The notes beneath the pieces are model-generated. The model saw only the letters and a program-made list of their open reading frames with translations. It ran no database searches and had not been told where the DNA came from. Both the position numbers and the translations under genes were made by a program. A stretch of 64,000 nt of DNA from positions 180,031-244,030 of the forward strand of contig CAYRKM010000001.1 of the NCBI GenBank assembly GCA_964425075.1, in the 5' to 3' direction. This DNA is from an uncultured Gammaproteobacteria bacterium. Lineage in GTDB: Bacteria; Patescibacteriota; Microgenomatia; Levybacterales; GWA1-39-11. Within the stretch, counting starts at the first letter, position 1, and each line of letters opens with the position of its first letter. Positions 42,022 through 50,798 of the stretch are shown here, piece after piece.

Positions 42022-42759
42022 TTACTCGCCCTCAATTACGGTTCCTATGAAGTCCTTATCGTCAAGGCAATTTTTAAGATTTTCTAAATTGTGTCCATTC
42101 AAAATCACTGCAGTAAGTCCCAATTCCTGAGCGTGCCTAGCTGCAACAGGGTCAAATGGTGCATTCATTCCAGGTGTCCACTCATCCCCTACTAACCTCC
42201 TGAATTCAGTCCACGTACATTTCTTAATTATCTTAGCGTCAGGATGAACTCGTGGGTCTTTATCATATGCCGCTTCAATATTGCTCATGTTAACTATCTT
42301 TTCAATATTGTAGTCCTCGCACACCAATGTCGCACAAAAATCAGTTGACCATCCGGGTTTCCAACCAGAGCCAACAATCACGCTCTCTTCAACTTTTCTA
42401 ATAATTTCATAGTGCTTTAACACGTAAGGATGAGCAATATCCATAAATATAGTACGTATCAACTGAGCATTAAGTCTTGTTGCGTGAATTCCAAGCCAAT
42501 CTAAATCATCAGGAGTTAACTCATGGCCCAGTACTTCTCGCCCTGCATCTCTATATTCACGAGCTGCAGTTCCACCCCCAACAACAATAAAAAACTGCCT
42601 ATTGGGATTTTCTTTGAGATTTTGACGAATAAAGGAGTTGAAGTCTTTAAGAAAAGAAACGTTAATCCCCCCCGGAACAACGAGGGAACCACCTAGAGAA
42701 AGTACAATTTTATCTTTTTTGCTACCCATACCAGATGCAAGCAATTTTATGCTTTGCAA
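42022..42759 (-). CDS. pyrH: amino-acid-kinase-family protein (UMP kinase-like; isopentenyl-phosphate kinase not excluded)
   Basis: KIVLSLGGSLVVPG...FFIVVGGGTAAREY...VIVGSGWKPGWSTD. The N-terminal Gly-rich loop and the GGG motif are characteristic of the AAK fold. Confidence 0.5.
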   Translation of the reverse strand: MQSIKLLASGMGSKKDKIVLSLGGSLVVPGGINVSFLKDFNSFIRQNLKENPNRQFFIVVGGGTAAREYRDAGREVLGHELTPDDLDWLGIHATRLNAQLIRTIFMDIAHPYVLKHYEIIRKVEESVIVGSGWKPGWSTDFCATLVCEDYNIEKIVNMSNIEAAYDKDPRVHPDAKIIKKCTWTEFRRLVGDEWTPGMNAPFDPVAARHAQELGLTAVILNGHNLENLKNCLDDKDFIGTVIEGE

Positions 42760-42909
42760 AGAGAAATCCGGTTGTCAGCCCGAAAAAAAGCAGGTCTTCC
42801 AACCTGCCAACCTGTGCATTTTAAAGCGCTTGCGTTACTATACCAAAAAGGAGTGTATAACTCAAGACAAAACTTGACAAGATTTTGTTAATTTGGTTAA
42901 GTATTAGTC

Positions 42910-43677
42910 ATGGCATCACGTCACTCTTCAGTTGCAAAAACTCTCTTAAACACTCCACTTCAAGTTCTTGCAACTCGACTTATGTATGTAGTTCTTCTTT
43001 TTGCTTTTTTAGTAATTGGATATCTTTTGGGAAGTCTTTATCCAATTAAGGGCGGTGCACTTTCCCAAAACACAAATCCTACAACGGGTACTCAACAAGC
43101 TGCCCCCGAAGAAGCTCCAGCTCCTGAGCCCGAAACTGTTCTTGAAAAACTAAAAAACCCTAGACTTCCAGCAAAGGGAGATAAGAATGCACCTGTAACT
43201 ATAGTTGAATTTTCAGATTTTGAATGCCCATTCTGTGCTAGATTTTACTCAGAAACTCTTCCCAAAATCCAAAAAGAATACATAGACACTGGTAAAGTAA
43301 AGCTTGTCTACATGCACTACCCACTTTCATTCCACGCTAAAGCAAAGCCATTAGCAAATGCAGCAGAATGTGCAAATGATCAAGGCAAATTCTGGGAAAT
43401 GCATGACAAAATTTTTGAGAACAACACATCTGGCGCTTTATCTGCCGCAACGGACGATACCTACAAACAGTGGGCAGCAGAACTTGGACTAAACACAACC
43501 AACTTTAATACGTGCTATGACAATAAGACATTTGAATCAGAAATTGACAAAGAATTCACGCTTGGTGGAGAACTTGGTGTTTCAGGAACACCTGCATTCT
43601 ATATTAATGGACGCCAGCTTATAGGCGCTATGCCATTTGAGTCATTTAAAGCAATAATTGACGAAGAACTAAAGTAA
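42910..43677 (+). CDS. DsbA-like thiol:disulfide oxidoreductase, membrane-anchored
   Basis: TM anchor (VVLLFAFLVIGYLLGSL) and IVEFSDFECPFCARFY, the CPxC thioredoxin-fold active site typical of DsbA/BdbD. A possible TTGACA-17 nt-TTAAGT promoter abuts the ATG, so the transcript could be leaderless. Confidence 0.75.
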   Translation: MASRHSSVAKTLLNTPLQVLATRLMYVVLLFAFLVIGYLLGSLYPIKGGALSQNTNPTTGTQQAAPEEAPAPEPETVLEKLKNPRLPAKGDKNAPVTIVEFSDFECPFCARFYSETLPKIQKEYIDTGKVKLVYMHYPLSFHAKAKPLANAAECANDQGKFWEMHDKIFENNTSGALSAATDDTYKQWAAELGLNTTNFNTCYDNKTFESEIDKEFTLGGELGVSGTPAFYINGRQLIGAMPFESFKAIIDEELK

Positions 43678-43706
43678 TCTTCTTAAATTCTTATATAATA
43701 TCCTCA

Positions 43707-44237
43707 GTGAAATATTTATTCTTTCTTATTGTTGTTCTTAAAGATGAATTAACCAAACGCTTCTTTTACCTCAAGGCGCTATTTTTCGCTTTTTATTTTA
43801 TCATACTTGCAACAGTACTACTTAATTACAAGTCCTACTGGAGTTTTATAACCGCTGACTACGACTTGCTTCCGAAATTAAATATTTTGTGGCTAATTTT
43901 TATGGGTTCTCTTTCAACCCTTGAGGCTAAGGACATCTTATTTCTAACCATTACTGCTCTTTTGTTTGGACTTAATATGGAGTTGGTCTTAAGAAAACTT
44001 AATTTTTTGCGAACTCGGGGCGGACTTCACGTAACACTTATCGGAGGACTTCTCACAATTACCGCAACAGGATGCGCATCTTGCGGGCTTTCTCTTGCCT
44101 CACTTGTAGGACTTGGTGGAGCAATTGCGCTCCTTCCATTTGGTGGAGTTGAGCTATATTTCGTCTCAATTCTTATTCTTTTTGCCTCTCTCCTTTATAA
44201 CCTTCATGTTTATGTGAAGGCCTGTGATATACGATAA
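43707..44237 (+). CDS. polytopic membrane protein with an intramembrane CxxC (candidate DsbB/VKOR-like partner of the upstream DsbA-like protein)
   Basis: Four or five TM helices. A CASC motif in ITATGCASCGLSLASLVGLGG and a further Cys near the C-terminus (KACDIR). It lies 30 nt downstream of the DsbA-like gene. Confidence 0.3.
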   Translation: MKYLFFLIVVLKDELTKRFFYLKALFFAFYFIILATVLLNYKSYWSFITADYDLLPKLNILWLIFMGSLSTLEAKDILFLTITALLFGLNMELVLRKLNFLRTRGGLHVTLIGGLLTITATGCASCGLSLASLVGLGGAIALLPFGGVELYFVSILILFASLLYNLHVYVKACDIR

Positions 44238-44261
44238 CGCTTTTGTTATAATACGCACATT

Positions 44262-45119
44262 ATGGCGGGTTCACCTGAATCACCAAATTTTTGGGTTGGA
44301 GAATATCTTGACTACCACGATGGAGTTGTCGAGCAAGAAAGAGAAAGCGTTTGGAATTTTGAAACTTTACAGCAAAGAGTTAGTGAAATTTATGAAGCCC
44401 ATGATGAAAGATATAAATATGGAGCTCCTATGATGCTTGCCAGAATTACGGGCAATGTTCATCACCTCAAAGAAGCAATTAAAAAAGAACCTGATAATCA
44501 TCTTCTCTTAGAAAAGTCTCTAACGAATGTAGTAATTTGGACTTTAACTCTTGCTAATTATGTGTACCTAGATGTGCAAGACCCTTTGACCGAAAAATTT
44601 GGAAGCGGGTGTCCTCGATGCCATCAAATACCATGTACTCTTGCGAGTGAGGGAGTATGTATAAAAAATCCTGATGCTCCTTGGGGAAATGCGGGAGGGA
44701 AAAAACCACAAACAATTGAGGATTGGCAAACCCATTTGACCCAACTATACCCTAATAATTATTGGGGGGAGCCTCAAGAAATTTTGGCAAAAACAGCCTC
44801 TAGACTTGGAGACGAGGTTGAAGAACTTATTGCAAGCAATGATTTAAGTCTTATAGATGACGACAACAGAATGTCGCATCATGATATTCCACTTGACCAA
44901 CAACCTGCATGGAAAGGTGAATTTGCGGATGTACTAGCCTGGTCAATGGCAGTAGCAGAAGCTTTAAACAGGAAAACTGGAGGAAATTTTTCTCTAGAAA
45001 AATCACTGCATGAGAACTATAAAAACGGCTGTCCGTTCTGCAATAGACCTCACTGTGTATGTCCTAAGGATGCATCAATTTTCGAAGAAATTCATGAGCA
45101 GGGACCTAACTCAAACTAA
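44262..45119 (+). CDS. tandem MazG-like all-alpha NTP-pyrophosphohydrolase domains, each followed by a Cys cluster
   Basis: First half EIYEAHDERYKY...LLEKSLTNVVIWTLTLANYVYLDV ends with GCPRCHQIPC. Second half LGDEVEELIA...EFADVLAWSMAVAEAL ends with GCPFCNRPHCVCP. Both halves follow the MazG pattern of Glu-rich metal-binding helices. Confidence 0.4.
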   Translation: MAGSPESPNFWVGEYLDYHDGVVEQERESVWNFETLQQRVSEIYEAHDERYKYGAPMMLARITGNVHHLKEAIKKEPDNHLLLEKSLTNVVIWTLTLANYVYLDVQDPLTEKFGSGCPRCHQIPCTLASEGVCIKNPDAPWGNAGGKKPQTIEDWQTHLTQLYPNNYWGEPQEILAKTASRLGDEVEELIASNDLSLIDDDNRMSHHDIPLDQQPAWKGEFADVLAWSMAVAEALNRKTGGNFSLEKSLHENYKNGCPFCNRPHCVCPKDASIFEEIHEQGPNSN

Positions 45120-45530
45120 ATCTTTATATAACTCTCCACTTAAATACATCTCAATTGCGGCTTTGTGTCCGGGCAAAATATTATCAGGTAGCTCATCAAA
45201 ATCGTACCAATCCCAACCCTCACACATTTCAGGCTCTATATTATTAGGCTCCCCTTCGTAATCAGTACAAACGAATACAAAATGGACGAAGACAGATTCT
45301 CTCTGGTCATTTCGCACCACCCCAATGAACTTGAATTTTTTAGGTACAATACCTGTTTCTTCCATCAGTTCTCTAACAACTGCATTCTCTACTGTTTCCC
45401 CTTTCTCAATTCTTCCACCAGGAACCCCCATTGTCCCGGGTTTGTATCCATTTTTTCGCCTGCCCATTAAGAGCTTACTGTTTTTAAGTAAAATAATTGC
45501 TACTCCAATTGGTCTTTCTATTTCTGACAT
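45111..45530 (-). CDS. NUDIX hydrolase
   Basis: Nudix box GGRIEKGETVENAVVRELMEETGI. Confidence 0.85.
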   Translation of the reverse strand: MSEIERPIGVAIILLKNSKLLMGRRKNGYKPGTMGVPGGRIEKGETVENAVVRELMEETGIVPKKFKFIGVVRNDQRESVFVHFVFVCTDYEGEPNNIEPEMCEGWDWYDFDELPDNILPGHKAAIEMYLSGELYKDLV

Positions 45531-46384
45531 ACTTCGCAGAAAAATGTTCCTCTGCCGCCTAAATAAACTTTTGAAATTACTCCGCCGTCTTCTCTTCTAC
45601 ACTGTTTTCCTTTTCTTCCATAAATTAAAAAGTGATTTTGATACTCTCCTTTTTGCCCCAAAACATCCACAAAATTAAGCTCTGATGAACCCCTATATTT
45701 TATCGCATTTTTAAGAACGTTAAGAATTGAATTAAACAGGACTTTAATTTCGCTTTTCGTCAAGCTCTTAGCTTTGCGTCTAGGATCAATTTTTGCATCA
45801 AAGCACGCATCATTTGCATAAATATTTCCAATTCCTCCTATTTTTTTCTGCTCCATTAAAAGAACTTTTATAGGCAAATTTGAACTCAAAACTATTTCCT
45901 CTAACGTCTTTTCGGAAAGTTTTGGAGTATCGGAACCCGGAGAGGGAATAGGTTCTGGACCTAGAGTTTTGAAGAAAGGCAAATTTTTAACATCAGAAGT
46001 CGGTAAAATTTTCATCCATGCAAAACGCCTTACTTCCTGAAAATATAAATGTGAGTTATCGGAAAAAACAATATCAATTCTCGTAAATTTATTTGGAACT
46101 TTTGAGGGGGTTGGCTTCATCACCTCTAGATCTTGAGTCTTATTGTCTCTAAAAATAAGCTGCCCAGTAAGCTTTATATGAACTGCAATTGAAAAATTAT
46201 TGTCAAGTTCTATTACTATTCCTTTAGCATATCTTCTAACTTCTTTTACCTTTGCGCCAATTATATTTTTCGTGTCCCCTGTTAAAAGTTTAGGGTCTAA
46301 GACATTAAAATCTGATATCTTTTTTCCAATAATGTATTTCTGCAAACCGAGTTTTAGAGTCTCCACCTCAGGAAGTTCCGGCAT
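45518..46384 (-). CDS. fpg: formamidopyrimidine-DNA glycosylase (Fpg/MutM)
   Basis: N-terminal MPELPEVE (catalytic Pro2 after the initiator Met; the internal Met at 46384 is the true start), the H2TH region, and a C-terminal zinc finger CRREDGGVISKVYLGGRGTFFCEVCQ. Confidence 0.85.
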   Translation of the reverse strand: MPELPEVETLKLGLQKYIIGKKISDFNVLDPKLLTGDTKNIIGAKVKEVRRYAKGIVIELDNNFSIAVHIKLTGQLIFRDNKTQDLEVMKPTPSKVPNKFTRIDIVFSDNSHLYFQEVRRFAWMKILPTSDVKNLPFFKTLGPEPIPSPGSDTPKLSEKTLEEIVLSSNLPIKVLLMEQKKIGGIGNIYANDACFDAKIDPRRKAKSLTKSEIKVLFNSILNVLKNAIKYRGSSELNFVDVLGQKGEYQNHFLIYGRKGKQCRREDGGVISKVYLGGRGTFFCEVCQK

Positions 46385-46420
46385 GTTTGTATTATATCTC
46401 ATGAGGAATATAATTATGAT

Positions 46421-46903
46421 ATGAATGAAGGTGAACCCATTCCAGGTGAAGGTCCAGAAATAACTGGAAATTCTGAATCTACTCCACCAGTATCCAAAGA
46501 AGAACTAAGAAGACTAACATTAGAACTATCAGTATTAGTTCAATCCCATTATCCTGAGTATTCTCAACAATTAGATCATTTCTCTAGAACAGGAAAAATT
46601 GCTTTATATCGAGAAGCAGTCGAACCAGAATCTGGACATCCTGCTATTAATCTCGTTGCTACACGACAGAAAATTGGATATGTTTTAGGTCATGTAACCC
46701 AGCCAGACAATCGCGGGAGAAGAAAATTTAACTATAAAAACTTGCCAAGACTAATTCCCAGACAAACACAAAACGGTGAAATTGCTATGGACCATCCACC
46801 TACGGATTGGTACTTTGATGAGGGAGACGAGCTGAAGAAAGCACAATCAACGGAAGAAATGCTTGAAACTCTTACGATATTACGGGAAAACAACATCTTC
46901 TAG
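46421..46903 (+). CDS. hypothetical protein
   Basis: ORF with an ATGA overlap context to its neighbour. No recognisable motif. Confidence 0.35.
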   Translation: MNEGEPIPGEGPEITGNSESTPPVSKEELRRLTLELSVLVQSHYPEYSQQLDHFSRTGKIALYREAVEPESGHPAINLVATRQKIGYVLGHVTQPDNRGRRKFNYKNLPRLIPRQTQNGEIAMDHPPTDWYFDEGDELKKAQSTEEMLETLTILRENNIF

Positions 46904-48012
46904 ATTTTCTCTACTATTTCTTTCATTTTCTTGTCAAATTCCTTTTCCGAGAATTTTTCAGCTCTTTGCACACAATCATCAGACATCTTCTTGCCTTGAG
47001 CCTGTCGAAGGGTTTCAAACTTTTTTATTGCCTTATTTAATGCCTCGGGTGTATTTTCATCAAAAAATATACCGGTTTTGCCATCAATTACAGTTTCCTT
47101 TACTCCACCACTTCTATAGGCAATAACAGGAGTTCCAACACCCATTGCCTCAACTGGTGTAATTCCAAAATCTTCGTCATATGAAGCAAAAACAAGTGCC
47201 TTTGCCTGACTCATCAACTCAAATTTCTCCTCTTCACTTACCTCACCTAAAAGCTCAATATTCTTATGTTTTGAAGCTTTTTTCTCAACATATTCATCAT
47301 ATCCAGCAAAACCTCGTCCAAATATTTTAAGAGGCCTTCCATTCTTTGAAAAAGCCTCAATAATAACATCTATACCCTTAGATCTAGCAAGCCTTCCCCC
47401 AAAAAGATAAAAGTCTTTCTTCTCACCACTTATAACATCTGGCACCTTAACGGGTGGGTATACTACAAGAGCATCCCTTCGATAAAATTTGCGTATCCTT
47501 TCTCTTACTTCTTCAGAGTTAGCAACAAATATATCAACATTTTTTGAGGCATTGTAGTCAACCATTCTAAGTACATGAAAAGATGCATGAGCAATTGCTG
47601 CAACTACCTTATTCTTCTTCCATTCTCGAGCAGTTGCATAACCATAGAGGTATCGAGGAGGTGTATGCGTATAGCAAATTAGCTTTCCTTTCTTGTGCTT
47701 TACTAAATTTGGGAAATACGCACCTGTTTGAGAAACAATTACAACATCAAAAGAGCGCAAATCCAAACTCTTAAAGGCAAAAGGAGACAAAATCCTTAAT
47801 GGAGAAATAAGTTTGTGCCTAAATGGAATAGAATTAAGCCATGTGGTTTTAATCGTGTGATTTGAAAAACGCTCTTTGTGTGGTCCTAGATATTCAGGAG
47901 CATAAAGTGAGGTAAAAACAGTGGCATTTGGGAAGATTTTTAATAGCTCCTCCAACACAAGTTCTGCTCCACCTTGCTCTTTTATGTAGTCGTGCACTAT
48001 CGCAATCTTCAT
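46900..48012 (-). CDS. family 4 glycosyltransferase (GT-B)
   Basis: N-terminal GGAELVLEEL and a C-terminal E-x7-E region FGITPVEAMGVGTPVIAYRSGGVKETV, typical of GT4. Confidence 0.75.
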   Translation of the reverse strand: MKIAIVHDYIKEQGGAELVLEELLKIFPNATVFTSLYAPEYLGPHKERFSNHTIKTTWLNSIPFRHKLISPLRILSPFAFKSLDLRSFDVVIVSQTGAYFPNLVKHKKGKLICYTHTPPRYLYGYATAREWKKNKVVAAIAHASFHVLRMVDYNASKNVDIFVANSEEVRERIRKFYRRDALVVYPPVKVPDVISGEKKDFYLFGGRLARSKGIDVIIEAFSKNGRPLKIFGRGFAGYDEYVEKKASKHKNIELLGEVSEEEKFELMSQAKALVFASYDEDFGITPVEAMGVGTPVIAYRSGGVKETVIDGKTGIFFDENTPEALNKAIKKFETLRQAQGKKMSDDCVQRAEKFSEKEFDKKMKEIVEKI

Positions 48013-48191
48013 ATAATTTCTAATTATTCTAATTTACCTAATTAATCTAATCAATTACCAAATACCAATCACTTTACTTTCTGATATATCTTGTTAAAAA
48101 TCAAATTTAGCAGTTCTGTCTTCTAAATCATACTGAGAATTAACATTGTTCATTCTTTAGGTTAATTAGAAATTAGGTCAATTAGTCTAAT

Positions 48192-49133
48192 TTATAATAG
48201 TTTCATCTGCCCTTTCCCGTCTTTTTTAAACTTCCCATCTTTCCCAAAAACCTCATCCACCCTTTTGGGCAATGTGTGAAATTCATTTTTCTCAAGGGAA
48301 TGTTTGAATTCTGAAATATCTATATTTGATATATCTGAGTCTGACAACTCAAATACAAAAGGCACATCATCAAGTATTTTTGCAAGCTGAAGAGATACCA
48401 TGCAACTATCATGTCCGTCTATAAGCTTTTGGGCTAAATTCTTATTTTTAGCCGCAATTTTATCTAAATTTTTATATATGTTATTTATTGTTTCATATTC
48501 ATTTATCAAATTGGCTGCGGTTTTGGGTCCAATTCCAGGCACTCCTGGGTAATTATCAGACGCATCCCCCATAAGGGCCTTAAGGTCTACTATCTGGACA
48601 GGATTAATACCGTATTTTTCCCGCACTTTTACCGTATCCATTATGCTAACTTCAGAAATTCCCTTTATGGGCATTAAAACCTTTGTGTCTTTATCCACCA
48701 ACTGCAACATGTCGCGGTCCCCAGTTACGATATAGGTAAAAATTCCATTTTTATTTGCAATTTTTGAAAGAGTTCCTATCACATCATCCGCTTCGTATCC
48801 GTCAACAGCGTAAGTCGGAATATGTGCGTCAAGAAGAATTTGAATAATTCGCTTGTATTGATCGGATAATTCACTTTCCATTTTGGGACGCTGGGCTTGA
48901 TAACCAACATATAACTGCTGACGAAATGTGGGTTTGGGTCTGTCAAAGGCTATTGCAACCCGAGTTGGCTCTAACTGATGCATAACCTTAAGTAACATTG
49001 AGAAAAAACCATAAACTGCCCCTGTAGGGACTCCTTTTGAGGTCTTGAAGAATGGCATGGCGTGATATGCACGATGAACTATAGCGCTACCATCAACGAG
49101 GAGGAATATATCCTTAGAAATGTCATCTTTCAT
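48192..49133 (-). CDS. 5'-3' exonuclease / flap endonuclease (PolI N-terminal-domain-like, ExoIX type)
   Basis: LLVDGSAIVHRAYHA, GYEADDVIGT, VTGDRDMLQL and an H3TH region (LMGDASDNYPGVPGIGPKTA). Confidence 0.8.
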   Translation of the reverse strand: MKDDISKDIFLLVDGSAIVHRAYHAMPFFKTSKGVPTGAVYGFFSMLLKVMHQLEPTRVAIAFDRPKPTFRQQLYVGYQAQRPKMESELSDQYKRIIQILLDAHIPTYAVDGYEADDVIGTLSKIANKNGIFTYIVTGDRDMLQLVDKDTKVLMPIKGISEVSIMDTVKVREKYGINPVQIVDLKALMGDASDNYPGVPGIGPKTAANLINEYETINNIYKNLDKIAAKNKNLAQKLIDGHDSCMVSLQLAKILDDVPFVFELSDSDISNIDISEFKHSLEKNEFHTLPKRVDEVFGKDGKFKKDGKGQMKLL

Positions 49134-49149
49134 GAATTGTATTGTATCA

Positions 49150-49187
49150 GAAAAAGCATTGAGGGGGCCCCGTTTCGGGGCCCCCTC
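49150..49187 (-). terminator. rho-independent terminator (12-bp GC stem plus T-tract) downstream of the thioredoxin-like gene
   Basis: Plus strand 49161-49187 reads GAGGGGGCCCCG-TTT-CGGGGCCCCCTC, a perfect 12-bp stem. On the minus strand it is followed by AATGCTTTTT. It sits between the thioredoxin-like stop (49281) and the FEN start (49133). Confidence 0.6.
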
Positions 49188-49280
49188 AAGTTACCTGAGC
49201 ATAGCTCAAGAACCGCACAGCATAATGCACGACCTTGATACCCGCGGGGATGCGGATAGAACTTGCTCAGAGGCTGAAAA

Positions 49281-49619
49281 TCAGGACGGGTCCGTGGCCA
49301 GGATGGTATCGAACCGCTTCCGCAGGTCGAACTTCGGCCGGAAGCCGACGATCTGCGCGGCGAGCGTGCCCTGCTTGAAAACCAGGAGCATCGGGATCGA
49401 CCGGATCCCAAACCGACTTACGATCCCCGGGTTATCGTCCGTGTTGATCCTGAGGAACTTCATCCGTCCCTCGTACTCCACTGCGAGGTCCTCAAGGATC
49501 GGACTCAAGTTGCGATACGGACCGCACCAGGGAGCCCAGAACACCACCGAGACCGGGATTTCACTCCGGATGACGTCTGCGTCGAACATTGTATCATTTG
49601 TGTCCGGCTGATTTGCCAT
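49281..49619 (-). CDS. thioredoxin-like protein with a CGPY (monothiol) active site, GC-rich
   Basis: VVFWAPWCGPYRNLSPIL...MKFLRINTDDNPGIVSRFGIRSIPMLLVF is a thioredoxin fold. The second active-site Cys is Tyr (codon TAT). AGGAAGG Shine-Dalgarno upstream. GC is far above the window background. Confidence 0.6.
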   Translation of the reverse strand: MANQPDTNDTMFDADVIRSEIPVSVVFWAPWCGPYRNLSPILEDLAVEYEGRMKFLRINTDDNPGIVSRFGIRSIPMLLVFKQGTLAAQIVGFRPKFDLRKRFDTILATDPS

Positions 49620-49678
49620 GCTGCGCTTTCCTTCCTGAAAAGCTCTCCCCTGTACGGGAAGAACTACGAATTGATGAG

Positions 49679-50056
49679 CTACTCAGACACCGTCAGCTTG
49701 TATCCGAGCTGTATATCAACTGGTGTGCCCCCTGCTTTCCAAGAAGCCATCGGCGAAACAGTCGCCGGCTGTCCGTTGACGGTGAAACTGATCGCCTCAC
49801 CATGCTCTGGTTTACAAGGCGAGTCAGCAGGTATCTGCATAACCCACTCACCTGAGGCGTTAGCCTCCGAAGTCGCACACAATTTTCCGCCAATTAAGGC
49901 GTCCACTGTCTGGCCTAACGAAAGACCCTTGCCATATAGCACCATAGGAAGCACCTGATTTTCAATCGAACCCGCCGTGTCGAGCACGAGCGATAGCACC
50001 AGGGCGATAGCGGCAGCGACGAGGCCAAACCTCGTCATCGCTTTACTAAGGATCAT
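49679..50056 (-). CDS. small secreted protein, GC-rich island; shares its start and signal peptide with 50799-51770
   Basis: MILSKAMTRFGLVAAAIALVLSLVLDTAGS signal peptide with a GAGGAG Shine-Dalgarno 8 nt upstream. Two Cys in the mature part. Confidence 0.5.
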   Translation of the reverse strand: MILSKAMTRFGLVAAAIALVLSLVLDTAGSIENQVLPMVLYGKGLSLGQTVDALIGGKLCATSEANASGEWVMQIPADSPCKPEHGEAISFTVNGQPATVSPMASWKAGGTPVDIQLGYKLTVSE

Positions 50057-50798
50057 CTAGATCTCCTCTCAGCCGCAAAGTCCTTCTTCCTTTGACTACG
50101 GCATCTTGAAGAACAAGAAATTATTCTCCCAAAAGCCGCAACCAAAAAAAATTTTAATTTTCAACCAATTTTTTAATGTACTAAAAAAAGGCCTTTAAAA
50201 AAGTGTATACAATTAGCACAAAGGGCCAAATTTTCTTATGGAAATTTTACTACGGGGTTATCTTGCTTGCAATATAGGTTGATTTTTTAAGTCTGTGGGA
50301 CCCCCGCTGGCTGCGGGGGTCCCACTAATGGGTTCCGCGATGGAACCCAAGGCAAACTAAGCTATATTCGAGAGCACGTCCTTGCGGCGGGGACGGACGG
50401 TCTCAAACTAGCTCAGTTAATGGCTGAATCTCTAGTCCGCACGTTGGAATCGAAATTCCACCGTCGAGACCCCGACTGGAGTTTGTACTCCAAACGTCGG
50501 GAGTGGGGCGAGCAACGCCCGGAGCACTCCCTCCAGCCGAGGTCCCGCCCACCACGTGGGTGGGGCGGGTGGCGACCCCTATGTCGCCCGGCGAGAAGTC
50601 AGGCGACGCTTACGCCTGCCAAGAGCTTGCGTATCACGCAGGCCTTCCTTTCCTATAGCCAAACGCGTGTTGATCCGGGTCCTGCCCGGAGGCGCTCGGG
50701 CAGGACCAGTGGTCCCATCAGAGCGTCTTGCGTTGTTGGGAGGCCCGCCCGAAGGCGGGCCCCCCACTTCCACGTCGGTGATCCCGACGCGCTACGGA

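Noticed and set aside
50200-50420. Possible tRNA or tmRNA-like gene in the GC-rich hairpin region (TAGCTCAGTTAATGG..., GGAATCGAAATTCC)
   Set aside because: I could not fold a consistent cloverleaf. The D-stem does not pair, and no tmRNA tag reading frame or T-loop consensus was found. It is kept only as part of the hairpin-field finding.
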